Of a DNA stretch of 64,000 nt, positions 25,488 through 37,705 are shown piece by piece. The notes under the pieces were generated by a model, which saw only the letters and a list, made by a program, of their open reading frames with translations, was not told where the DNA came from and did no database searches. The position numbers and the translations under genes were made by a program. The stretch spans positions 29,762,001 through 29,826,000 of the forward strand of contig NW_024704742.1 of assembly GCF_018977255.1 (NCBI RefSeq), in the 5' to 3' direction. The number at the start of each line of letters is the position of its first letter. Positions within the stretch are counted from its first letter, which is position 1. Origin of the DNA: Callorhinchus milii. Lineage: Eukaryota.

Positions 25488-25690
25488 CACAGAGCACCCA
25501 GAGGGAGAGAGATACACAAGCACAGAGAGAGATGCGCACACACAAACTGAAATGCACACACGCAAAATACAAATAGATACAGGCACACACGCACAATATA
25601 GATAGAAACAGGCACACACACAGGTAGAGGCATAAAGACATAGACAAACACTCACACTCAAATAAACATAAATACAGAGTGTGTGCATGG
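25380..25690. repeat. CA/GA-rich low-complexity tract
   Basis: (CA)n and (GA)n runs. Confidence 0.85.
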
Positions 25691-27174
25691 ACTGGTGCAA
25701 AGGCATGGGGCGTGGGGAGAGGAGGGTCTATTGAAATAAAAAAGGTCTTGAAGGAAATTGAAAGAAAAAGTAACAGTGAGCAGTTAACGATCTCCCTACC
25801 AACATCACCACCATCCGACGAAGAATCAAAAGTGTGAGATAAACAGAGGAATGGCTTCCACGTGGGGTGACAGAATGCAGCATTGGCAATTGAGATTTCA
25901 CACCTTGGTTCAGGCTACTCCCCCCGCGCCCCCCTCAGCCTCACATGGTTGAAAAAGCATTCTGTTTACCCTCTCCAAACAGTGAAGTGCCTGATGGTTC
26001 AGTATTCAGGAAGCTGTGATGGTGCAATTGCCTTCAGTACAGCAGGTAAAGTGCTGGAGAACAATTGCAGATTGCTGTTCATATAACACAGCACCTTCAC
26101 CTCACCACTCTCCAGATATTGTGGGCAAATGTTAAAATCTTAGACAAATGCTTAATGAAGGATGTCGTGCTGAAACCTAATCCACTGGCAGTAAGCAGCA
26201 TGTTAATCGGACTTCCATCCAACACTTAACCCGCAAAATACACAGTCAGTGGACGCACATTTTACAGAAATCCTGCAAAGCGCTTTGAGACGTCCTCCCG
26301 ACATGAAGGCACTGCATCAAATGCGAGGATTATTATCAATAATTATTATTAGCATTACTCTGCAACAAGCTGGCCCTTCGCGTTTCTCCCCCCCACCACA
26401 CATACACACACACCCGCACAACCTCTCCCTTTTTCTTCATATTGAATTGCAGTCCATTGCAGCAGGCACCTGATAAATTCCAATGAGCCTCATCAGCAAA
26501 ACCTAAAGGCTTCTGACTGTAGCCACCCAGTCAGGAAATTTCCACTCGCAGTGAATCATGCTCCTGCAGGTGAGGCAGGAACAGCAGCGACTGTATCAGG
26601 AATACCAACACTTTTATTTTTTTGGCCAGGAAAAAAATCGAATTGCTTCTTTTTTTGTCTCTGCTATTCGCTCACCGATGGTAACAGTGCTGATTTTTGA
26701 CGGAGAGAACCACACAAACAAACAAGAAATTGACAATTAAGTCTGTGCATTTTTTAAAAAAAGTTTAACGAGAGCAAATTGATTCCTTAAAATAAACAAA
26801 ATTGGGAATAGGAGGTGAAGCTTGTGGCGACTTATAACCCTTTCCTTGTGATAGCTGTCAGTATTTATAATTATCCCAAGGAACGCTTTATGTTATGAAA
26901 CTGCGCAAACTCCGCCCTGCGGTTTACGGTGGAGACCAGGGGCTGGTGAGTGAGACTGGGAGGAGTAGCGACTGGACACAAGAGTATAGGGTGGGAAGGA
27001 TGAGATGGTGCAAGAAGCTGAGGACGAAGCAACATTACTGTCCTCCCACCTGTGAGCCTGATAAACATCCCCCCCACGCCACCCGTGAACCTGATATACA
27101 TCCCCCCGAGCCTGATATACGTAAACGTTGAAACCATACGACCTTTGATACAACTATCATGTCAAAAACTACTC

Positions 27175-27500
27175 GTGGAGTCCTGTAGCTCAGTGGTTAG
27201 AGCACTCGCTTTGCAAGTGAGAGACCTGAGTTCAATTCCAGTCAGGGCGAAACCTTGGGCAAGTTTCCTTACTCCACACGCCTAATAATAATCTCTCCAA
27301 AAAAACAAAACAATAATAAATTGGTCATTTTCAATCTACGACTGTTTGTGGGACATTGCTGTGCGCAATTGGCTGCCGCGTTCGCCCACAAATATACAGT
27401 CAATTCACTTTACAGTGTGTTCTGTGAAGCGCTTTGGGACGTCCTCCCGACGTGAAAAGCGCTATATCAAATGCAAGGATTATTATTATTATTATTATTA
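27175..27500 (+). mobile_element. Full-length young SINE family A (short form)
   Basis: gtggagtcctgtagctcagtggttagagc (A box), gagttcaattcc (B box), L2-type tail and (att)n. Confidence 0.95.
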
Positions 27501-27974
27501 AAGGATTTCATGAGTTACTGTGCAGCGTAGTCACTGTTTATGTAGCCAAACACGGCAGGCGGGACCTTGGTTTAATGTCTCACCTGAAGGGCGGATTAAA
27601 CCAGCCCACCATGTACATTAGAGTTTCGCTGACGTTATTTATAGGAATGAACACTTGAGTTTGTTACACAACTCCTATTTCCACTGTACGGAATCAGGGA
27701 GTCTGATTTAGCACAGCTGATCCATCAATGAAACTGATCTATTCTGTGCTGAGTTACCTTAGCCCAGCCAGACCAATAATAAGTGTTGAAGTTAGCCTCT
27801 GTGACTTTTGAGTTAAAGGGTGTTCTGCTCCAGATCTCTCTCCAGACACCTCTGATAGAATGTGCGACATCAAGTGAGGACAGAATCGAGTCAAGCCGTG
27901 CTGCCCACCTTGTTCCCCTAATCACTTTCTGACCCTCATTGTCCAGTCTCACAATTGTATAGTGGTCAAGGAAA

Positions 27975-28162
27975 AAACAATAACAATTTGGTCACTCAAT
28001 CCACGACTGTTTGTGGGACACTGCTGGGTGCAATTGGCTGTCGTGTTTGGCCCATAAGTATACAGTCAGTTCACTTGACAGTATATTCTGTGAAGCGCTT
28101 TGAGACGTCGAGAAGACGTGAAAAGCACTATATCAAATGCAAGGATTATTATTACTATTATT
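27975..28162 (+). mobile_element. SINE 3' half
   Basis: ggtcactcaatccacgactgtttgtggg...aatgcaaggattatt. Confidence 0.9.
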
Positions 28163-29124
28163 AAATCCCCGCTTTCGCCCTGTAATGGTCCAACGAGTCA
28201 GACAGCTACAATGGACAATACAGACCACAAGGTTGCAGGTTTGAATGCCAGTCTACGTTGGTTCGGTCGGCTGTGATTGAATAACCTGCCAACATTCACT
28301 GTCCAGTCTCATATACCAACAATGGGCACTTGTGAAACGACGTGGATTGTGCCTGTGGAACCTTAACCCATTGAGATACAATCCAATTTACAATACAAAT
28401 TGCATTTATACAGCGCCTCTAACATCGGGAGGACATCTGTAAGGTTTAAAGGAAAGGAAAAAGTGATTCATAAATACCTTTAGGGGAGGAGAATTGGGGA
28501 AGAAGAGATCCCAGGGGGAAGGGGGGGGGGGGAGAGAAGAAAAGGGCGACAAAATCTCTACCTATTTCTCAACCACACTTCGCCATCAATTATTCCGCTA
28601 TTACAATCCCACTGAACTGTAAACCTAAATAAGCCCAACGTGGGGCTTGACACAAAGTGAGATCTTTGTCAATTTAGTTAATTTACTCGACTGAATTTAA
28701 ATAATCAGTCTATTAGCCTAAGTAATAGATTATGTGACGAGCAAAAATAAATAGGTGACAACCAAAAAGTTCTGGAATCCAATGCCCTAGTGACCGAGAC
28801 AAACACAGCACACATCAGCCGGGCTCAATCTGACAGTTGCAGTGTACAGATCCACGTCTCATCACTGTGGATTAAACAAGGGCGCTCACTCGCTCAATTG
28901 TTCGCTCCCACCCACTTTTCCAACTAATCTATCATTAACCTGCAATGCTGAGCTCTGAACACCTCCCCACCCACTGTCACACACACCTCCCCACTCCCAA
29001 ACGACTTCACTGTGACAAGACAGCTCTGCTCCCATCCCCACTCAGTCCTACAACACCTGTCTGATTTTGTTCCCAGTCACTCCTGCGCACACTGCTTTTT
29101 ATACGACTGAACCTCAGGCAGTAG

Positions 29125-29230
29125 CAGGCTGATCACAGAAATGTTCCTCGACTGATTTACTGCCGGAGTTCAATCTAAATAGCCGCGACACCCGACAGAG
29201 GCAAAATTCCCACCATATTGTCCTAATTAT
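29125..29230. repeat. Unclassified repeat fragment, also at 30841-30955
   Basis: actgatttactgcc...gagttcaatcta...caccatattgtccta occurs in both. Confidence 0.65.
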
Positions 29231-29934
29231 CCGAGTCATCGCCCTGCTCCCATTCTCGCTCAGTGCTATGGTTACTTTCCTGATCCCTTTATCAAGCACG
29301 TTGATACTTCTTTAACACCTCAGTGCCATTAGATGTTGTTAATCAGATGGATTCCAGAGAGGAGCAGTAGATCAGTGCTGGAGTTGGGAGTTGAAGCCGT
29401 TTGTCAGGTGCTGTCTCAGTTGTGGATTGATTACTGGCCTGAACTGTCGTGTAGTCAAGTGTCAGAGAGAATGCAAGGGAATTATTCCCCTTGTGAAAGA
29501 TGCACAGTGAGCAATGCCAAGTATAGCTCACGCAAAACACAGCAGCCACCACTGGAGTGTCATAGCACAGCCCCATTACCACTCACTGGCAGCTTCCCTC
29601 CCACCAGAAACCCTGGTCATATTGTGACACAAATTGCAACATTTCCTTACAGAAACATTACTTCTGAGCTCCTTTTCCCCTACCCACCCTCACAGCCAGT
29701 TCCAAGGCTTCCGGTTGAGCTGAAGTGTGTACTGAATGAGTGATGTATCCAAACCCTCCCCTCACCCCCACCACACTTACTATGTTACCTGTCCATTACA
29801 AGGCCAGGACAGCCCAATATCACTTTTATACTGGAGCTCCTGCTGCACGGGTTGTGTTGCCAAAGTGTGTGTTTGAGTGAGTGTGTGTGAAAGAATCTGT
29901 GTGTGTTTGTGAGTGTAAATGTTTGAGTAAGTGC

Positions 29935-30569
29935 CCGGCTCCGCCACTATCTTACACCGAGGGCCGCTGAGACCCTCATACACGCATTCATAACATCCAG
30001 GCTCGACTATGCAAACTCCCTGCTTGATGGCCTCCCCAACTCCTTCCTCCATAGGCTGTAGATCATCCAGAACTCTGCAGCCTGTGTCCTTTCCCACAAC
30101 AGGCTCTGCGACCCTATCACCCACGACTCCACTGGCTTCCCATCACAAAGAGGGTACAGTTCAATATCCCGGTCTTCACTTTCAAAGCCCTCCATGGCCT
30201 TGCTCCCCCCTACCACTGCGACCTCCTAACCCCCTACCAACCTGCCTGTTCCCTCTGATCAGGGGGCACCACCCTGCTTCACGTCACCCGCCTTGCTCGC
30301 CCCACCATTGGAGGATGGGCCTTCAACCACTCTGCCCCCCACCCTTTGGAACTCCATCCTCAGTCGCTCCACCTCACCGCCTCCCTTGCCTTCTTCAAGA
30401 TCCGTCTCAAGAGCCTCCATTTCGACCGTGCTTTTGATCTCCCTACTCCCCCCCTGCCCTCCACCCTCCCTGATCCCAACCTTCAGCTCGGGTCCAAAAC
30501 ACTCATTGTCCAGCGCCCTGGGACATCCTCCCAATGTGAAAGGCGCTATACAAATGTAATTTTGTTGTT
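29935..30569 (+). mobile_element. L2 LINE 3' fragment
   Basis: Encodes ETLIHAFITSRLDYANSLL...LQPV-type L2 ORF2 motifs; L2 tail. Confidence 0.93.
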
Positions 30570-31324
30570 GAGTTTGTGTGTGTGTATCGGGGGGGCGGCT
30601 GCTGACTGTCAGTTTGCACCAGTGTTATTTTGCTGACGACAGTCAGGATGATAAATTTCCAACTTGTTTTTGTGCCACATCTGACACCACTTGTTTCTTT
30701 CAGCGCTGGTGGGGCCACCATGTCGACCAGGACAGTTGACTCATCATTACAGGGACAAATCGTTGTCCCCCCAGCCACTCCCACAGTGCAAGAGTGGTCT
30801 GGTCACTGCTGTCTATGTGACTGACCCCCACACACTGCCAGGCTGCTCACAGGAACATCCCTCACCTGCGTCAACTGATTTACTGCCCTGAGTTCAATCT
30901 ACTTGCTCATAATACCCAGACAGGGGTAAAGTTCTCACCATATTGTCCTATTGTACAGTGTTCTGTTTCAGTTTAACCTTTGGAACCTACTGTAATTGTC
31001 TTTCTGTAAATGAAAATTGCAGTGGAAAGCTACACAAACACGCAATTTCCACAATAGTTACAGTCTAAAAGGTGCTGTAGCATCAGCACTTCGTGATGAT
31101 ATCCTGCGTGAATAATACTAATAATTCTTGCATTTGACATAGCGTCTATTAATTCCCGAGACTGTCTCAAATCGCTTCACAGCATTCACTGTAAAGTGTA
31201 GTGTGTGCGTGTTTTTAAGCTGTAGTGCTGTGGTTGTAAAAGATGCTGTTGAAACACAACAGTGCAATGGTACAAATGAGACACGTGAAATCACTAGAGC
31301 TCTGGGGACAGTTGTACAAATCAA

Positions 31325-31900
31325 TTCAACATGTATTTATATAGCACCCTTCACACAGAGTAGCGTCTCAGAGCGCTTAACAATGGTGGAACTTGATGCC
31401 GAGTCAGGGAGAGAGGGGAGGTGACCATAGGCTTGGTTGAAGAGGAAGTCTTCAGGTGTTATCAGAAGATAGGTAAGGAGGGTGCAAGGCAGAGAGTAAG
31501 GAGGTGATCGCGGCAAAGAGTTCCAGAGTCTCAGGCGTAGTGGCTGAAAGCATGGGTGCCGATGGTGGAGCGGTGGGGACGAAGGATAAACAGGAGGCTG
31601 GAGCCAGCTGAGCGAAGGGGACGGGTAGAGGAGTGAGTATAAATAGATTGGAGAGGTAGAGGTGCCAGGGCATGAAGTGATTAGTATCCGAGTGCAAGGA
31701 TCTTGAAATAGATCCATTCTTCAAATAGAGAGGTATTGGAGCCTGGCAAGGACTGGGGTAATAGGAATGCAGGCAACTTTAAGGGTGGCAGAGTTTTGAA
31801 TCAATCAGATTTTGTGAATGGTGGAGCTCGGGAAACCGGATAAGGGAGGCACTAGAAAAAATCGAGGCGGGAGGTGACAAATGCGTAAATAAGGGTGGTG
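31325..31900 (-). mobile_element. Older L2 3' fragment
   Basis: RLWNSLP motif; tail ctatataaataca. Confidence 0.8.
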
Positions 31901-32479
31901 AAGCATCCTACAACAGGAGACAGTAGGCTATGGGCTCCCAGTCATGCACAATTCCTTGCTCGGTGACTTCCTGATCTCAGGCAGCCCATCTGGCAGACGC
32001 ATTTCCTCCCAGGCCTCTTGGTGAGGGAATAATACGTTGGGCGGGGGGGTGGGGGGGTGCTCAGAGTGAGGGTATTGCAGCAAGTATACAGTCACACAGG
32101 AGAAAATATCATTTTGCATTCTTGGACTCCAGTCATCTTTTGAATTGCATGTGTCAAAATGAAAAGAGAACTACAGCACCAATGGATGGAGAAGCCACAA
32201 TACTTAACTCTACAGACAGGTTCATCTCCAGTATGGTTTAGCAGTTACAAGTTCCCTTTTAATGCCCCCAACCTGTGTCCCCAATACTCTCCAGGATTTG
32301 GTACGCACAGTGAGTTCCTTTGGGAGATTTGCATTCCAGAAATTTGCATGTGCTACATGGCTTACGTGGTTATCTCAGTGTGGTTTGGACACTATTAACC
32401 ATGGTGATGAGTGTCCATCTGTGTCAGACATACGGCTGACCAAAAAAACACTGACCCAATCAACTATCAATACAGAAGG

Positions 32480-32990
32480 AATCACTGCTGTTTAGCTTGA
32501 ACCTCAAGCCAGTTCCTGGAGGTGAAAGCACCTTGTTCTAGGCACCAGTGTTTCTCAATGACAATTCTCAACAACCTGTGAAGTTCAGTGACAATCTCAT
32601 GGCTGGTCCATACCAGACGTCTCTTCAGACTGAATGGCCTGACGCTCCGCTCCCTAAGTTTGCTCATGATCCACCACGTTTTAAGAACCTGACCAGGTCC
32701 CTGGTGTTGAAAAAGATTGAGCTACACTGCTCCAAAGTCGACTCTGCCAGTAAAACCACCTTTTATTTCTGACATTCTGCAATTTGCTTTCGAAGAAATT
32801 TGAAACCTCACTATGAGTATGTTTCAATAGTGTCCCGTGTAGAATTCCAGACTTGGGACTGGATCGGATCCTGCTGGGTCCATTTCCCCCAACACTCCTC
32901 AGAGGTCAATGAAATGAGAAACTTGTCTAAAATGCAAGTCTCCATGCACCTGGACTGGCTCCACAACTACAGTAATTCATGGCAAACGTA
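32480..32990 (-). mobile_element. Possible degenerate RTE-clade LINE fragment
   Basis: Translation KRRLVWTSHEI loosely resembles the RTE RRLRW.GHV motif. Confidence 0.3.
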
Positions 32991-33459
32991 GACATGTCCT
33001 ACTCAATGAGCAGGGCAAGTCCTAGCTGCCTAGTTTCCTGCACAGTAATCAATTTGTTCCAATTAATATTTTATTACTTTTATTTAAAATAAACTCAAAC
33101 TTGCTGAAGAGGGTAGCCACGCGAAAAGTCTACCTTTCATCTGCACATGTGCCTGCGGCTTTTAAGACGCCGTCAGAACAAGCTGAATGGGTCTCAATGA
33201 TGCAGTCAGTCAGTCTTGTAGAACAGACTTTCAGGGCTGATTCACCACTGGCCGGTAAATTTACCAACCTTGGCGGAAGTGAGAGAGTCTATAATGGGAT
33301 ATGGGTTGATCAATAAACATTGAGCAATGATGGTGCTGCTCAAATTTTTCCCTAGATAGATAGCTCACTGATTTTATTCAGTGAATAGTCAGGTTATACG
33401 TACTGAAATGTGCATATTCTAATCCTAATCCATAAAAGAAACACTCTGCCCAGTTTGCC

Positions 33460-33705
33460 ACTTGGCCATACAGACTGAGAAAGCTCCAAGGCTCATCTTG
33501 CTTTGTGTTGAGATGGTTGGTCACAGATGAGGTGGGGTGCAGGTTTCTACTGAACTCACAGCTTTAACCACAACTGGCAATGCCTCCTAGAGACTCAGGA
33601 CTGATGTCTCCCAGCGCCTGTGAAACTGTATCCCAGTATGAGCCAACACCTCCCTCAGGAGTAAGGTGAGGAGCCTTCTATAGGAGAGGAGTGAAGAGAA
33701 GAGGA
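33460..33705 (+). mobile_element. SINE family C, degenerate
   Basis: gcctgtgaaactgtatcccagtatgagcc...caggag 3' motif. Confidence 0.55.
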
Positions 33706-34559
33706 AAACACTGGGTGAGGATACAAATTGAGGTGTTAAAAAATGGATAAGTTTACTTTCTGAAAACTTAACACCAAGTTGGCATCAACCTCATCACTTC
33801 TTCATTTCCTTCGTCTTCTCTCCTACTCTGTTCAACTAAGAAAAATGTACCTTCACTGTGCACCTCTGCCCTTGACTTAGGTTCCCCAATAATAATAAAC
33901 CAAATAGTTCCATTGCCATGTTAATACATTTTCTAATTATATTGAAAGCCTCCAAACCACGTTGCACCATGCTCTGGCATCATCATACAGCCACCACCCT
34001 ACAGAGATACTTGGGAAGTAAAAATATTAAAGGATATGGTAAGAATACAAGGAAGTTGGTAGTAGTATTATAATAATAATAAGCCTTGCATTTGGTAAAG
34101 CTCCTTTGAGAAGTCCTTCTGACCTCTCCAACTTTGAGAAGTCAGAAAGATTTCTCAAGCGCTTCACAGGAATTACTATGAAATGTAAAGGCATGCCAAT
34201 GCATGGTCTGTGAAGGAGCAGGCTCAATGGGTTTAATGACCTTCTGCTTCTGAATTCCTATGTTCTATGCTGCAATGTCTAGTATTCTATGTAGTTAATC
34301 ACTGTGAAGTGCTCTGTATGGTACTCCTAATGCTATTCTATATCCAAATATTCCATTCTTCAAAATGGCTGTTAATCAGATTTTCTCTCTTTCCTTTCAC
34401 CCTGGGTGTGTGTGTGTGGGGGGGTGGGGGGGGGGGGGCTGGAAGTATGAAGTAGGAGCAAGGGGAGTTGGGTGTGAAATGGGGGAGTGGGGAGGAACAG
34501 ATAGTAATATGTTTAACGAGGTGTCTCAATGGTTCTGAACCTACCCTTCTGGATTCCCC

Positions 34560-35245
34560 AACTCAGTGCAAAATACTGTAGTTGACACCATGTTTGGGGC
34601 ATCAGAGGAGGCAGCCAAAATCTCACAAAGAAAGCTCAACAGGACTGATCATTGGCTAATAATGATCAATGCAGAGTAATGCAAATATCTACATTCTACA
34701 GATAGGGTATGACTTGCCATTGGGAAAGTTGAAAGAAATCTTTGGGGGAGGGGGGAAAGCAGTTAGTTTACTTCTCTCTTACGATGTGCAAATAGTGTGA
34801 AGCAACAATAAACAAGACAAACAGGATGCAAGGCAACACAGCCAATTTAGTTCAGATCCTCAGAAGTAATAGTGAAGCTCTGATAGAGCTCTCGTCAGAT
34901 TTCACCCAGACTTGCCACCATGACATAAGAGGGCTGACAAAGCCTTAAAGACAATGTAAAGAGAGCAAGAAGGATGATCCTCAGTGTCAGAGGGATGAGC
35001 TCTGAAGAACAACGAGATAAACTAGTGCTCTTCAGTCTTGACAAGGCATCTCAGGCCTTATACGGAGGTACATAAGATAGTTACTGTAATAAAGAATGTA
35101 AACCTGGAAAAATACTTTTAGATATACCGAGGTAGCAAAGACAAGGGACTTCAGATTCAGATCTATGAAGAGCAATTTGACGACAGACACAAGGATGTAT
35201 TTCTTTACAGAGAGGGCATTTTGTGAATCGTACACGTGGAACCAT
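34560..35245 (+). mobile_element. Degenerate CR1 ORF2 fragment
   Basis: Frameshifted remnants of DTMFGG, LVRFHP, RRMILSVRGMSSEE and FFTER, colinear with 6276-6701. Confidence 0.8.
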
Positions 35246-37054
35246 GCTCCAGCCCAGCAACAAGGGGAGACAAAGGGTGAAATTTAATGGGTGGAAAGAT
35301 AAGGGAACAAAAATGTTTCTGAAGCTCATCAACCGACTTCACATCTTGTGGGGGTCTGGTTGTGGGCATTCCTGTCAATCATGGTGAATTTGCCAGAGAT
35401 CCAACGTGAGATCTGAGATCATTATGCACTTAGCCCTGTCCCACAGACTGGGTGCTGCTCGACCTGCACAGTAATCTGATTTCCCAGGCTTACTCTCTGG
35501 GAGATAGAATCAGTTAATTCATAGCTCCTCGCAGGCTGGTCACAGATCGTCACCAGCTCTTTCTCCTAAAGAATGAAAAATGCCCCCTCAGCGTGCCCTG
35601 GATTCACCAATTACGTCTCAAAACACTCGGCAATAAAAGGATCCTGTTCAGGAAACATAACAGAAATAAAATGCAGGCGTTTTGTTTCCTGATAATGTCA
35701 ATGGTGTAGGTGCTGGGAGGTGGAGGGATGGGGCTTCCTGGATAGAACATGCTGGGTGTAAACACTACTTCTTCCGCCCAATCCCACCCAGCCCCGCCCC
35801 ACCCGTTCTTAAATGTTTATGCTCAGTGTCACAGTTGGTCTGTTAACCATATTGTTTGTAATTTGCTAGGGGGAGGCGGGGGGAATCAGATTTACACGCG
35901 TGTGTACAAAAAACAGTCACCACACTTGACAAGAATGACTGCAAAGAGCTTTGAGGCTGTTGACATAAGAGATTGTTGCTACAAACATGCAATTTTTCTT
36001 TCTTCCATCCTTAAGACAATGAACACAAAAAAACAACCCAACTAATAATCTTCTTGCTCGATACTTCATCAAATTAAAGTTGCTCCTGCCACCCGCGCTG
36101 TCACTTTGGCTCAGAATGAAACTGCTCTCTCCAGACCAGTCGAGGATCGAGTTTACAATTGTATTCTGGGGAAGTTCACGTTGTATGTAAACGCACCCCC
36201 TCCTCCTCCCCCACCATCACCTTTACGTTTCACTGAAACTTTAGTAGCAACATTGATACATCACGAAGCAGCCACTTCACAGAACAAAAGCAGCTTTAAA
36301 CAAACTCATAAATCACTGGTGACCATTGTAGCTTTAAACTCCTTGGTACTTCACAGCAGATGATTAGTACAATTGCACCCGCTATTCAGAAAGGCTCTTG
36401 GCTCACACTTTAAGCTTGTCCCTCTTTGTCAGACTGATAACCCAAGCTGAAAGTCAACCACCGTCTCCCTGCAACTATCATCAGGCCATGATTACCGCCG
36501 TATGAATTTGAAGAACAGCGAGAAGCTCTTCATCGCAGAACAAATACTAACCCTTGATCATGATCACCCGACACCCACTACACTGAAACAAACCAGCAGG
36601 AATTTCCTTCTCATTTTCCCTTCCATTTGAATGTGATCCCTTTTGGACAACCCAGAGCCAGAATCCTAATTCAATCCAGCAACTCAAAAACCAGGGATTC
36701 GGAACTGCAGTGGGAGATGTCAGTGAGAGCAAAAACAGCTGTGTGCAGAGGGAGGGTTGACTGTGGCTAAAGCAGTGAGGAATAGCTGAGGAGGTTTGGC
36801 TCTTGCCCTCAGAAAGCTGAGCGCTGCCGAGGGCACTTCTGGAGAGGCGGATTCAGGCTGGTTTGAACTGCGCTGGCCTGGGAATGACTGCACCAGTCGG
36901 AGTTGGCCCTGCACAAGTCAGGCCCTAGTGTATCTGGAGACTGACTGATCATTTAAAAGATTAACTACAGCGCCAAGATCCGTTCCCACCAATTATGGGC
37001 TACCCAATGCTATAGTTACTTTAATAAAGACCTATTTCTGTCTCTCTTTGTGCC

Positions 37055-37310
37055 TCAATGGCTCAGTGGGTAAATATGCCATTTGTTGTTGTACCTTGTT
37101 GTACAGTCTAAGGTACTAAGTGTGAATCCGAGTGTTCACTATGTTAGCTGATCTCAACCAAGCTGACAGTAGAGTTGGTACCTTTTACATTATTTCTCTT
37201 TTCTGGTTGTTGAGTGAGAATGGAATTGGTGAATGTTTCACAGTGGAAGAGGCTGCAAACTCTTGTGCCTAGGCTCACAGTGAAGAATAGACACATGGGT
37301 AAGGCCCCAG
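37055..37310 (+). mobile_element. SINE family C
   Basis: tggctcagtgggtaaat head; gttagctgatctca; ctaggctcacagtgaagaat. Confidence 0.65.
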
Positions 37311-37314
37311 GTAA

Positions 37315-37705
37315 TGATGATAATAATAATTAATAATAATCCTTGCATTTGTCACAATCCCTATAATGTCAAATGCCGCAATGCTCTTCACAGCTTCACA
37401 ACTTCACCAGTACTGCTGACAAGTGTAGTGACTGTATTTTGTGGGCAAACAAAGGAACAATTCTGTACACAGTAGTGTCCCATAACATAGCCATGAAGTG
37501 AATGAGTAATTTTATTTGGAGGATTGCTGGCCATGACACCGAGAGAAACTCCCTATTCTTTTGAATAATGCTACGGCATCTTTAACGTCCACCTGAACAA
37601 GCAGACGGGACTCGGTTTAATGTCATATCCTAGCGACAACATTGCAGGGTTCCTCGAACGCTGCACTGGAGTTTCTGCCTTGACTGTTGAGCTGAAAGTC
37701 CTGAT
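37315..37705 (-). mobile_element. SINE family B
   Basis: (taa)n tail; atctttaacgtccacctgaacaagcagacggg. Confidence 0.88.

Noticed and set aside
27175..27250. tRNA gene-like sequence (also in other SINE heads)
   Set aside because: It is a SINE head: it continues into the SINE body and lacks a complete cloverleaf.
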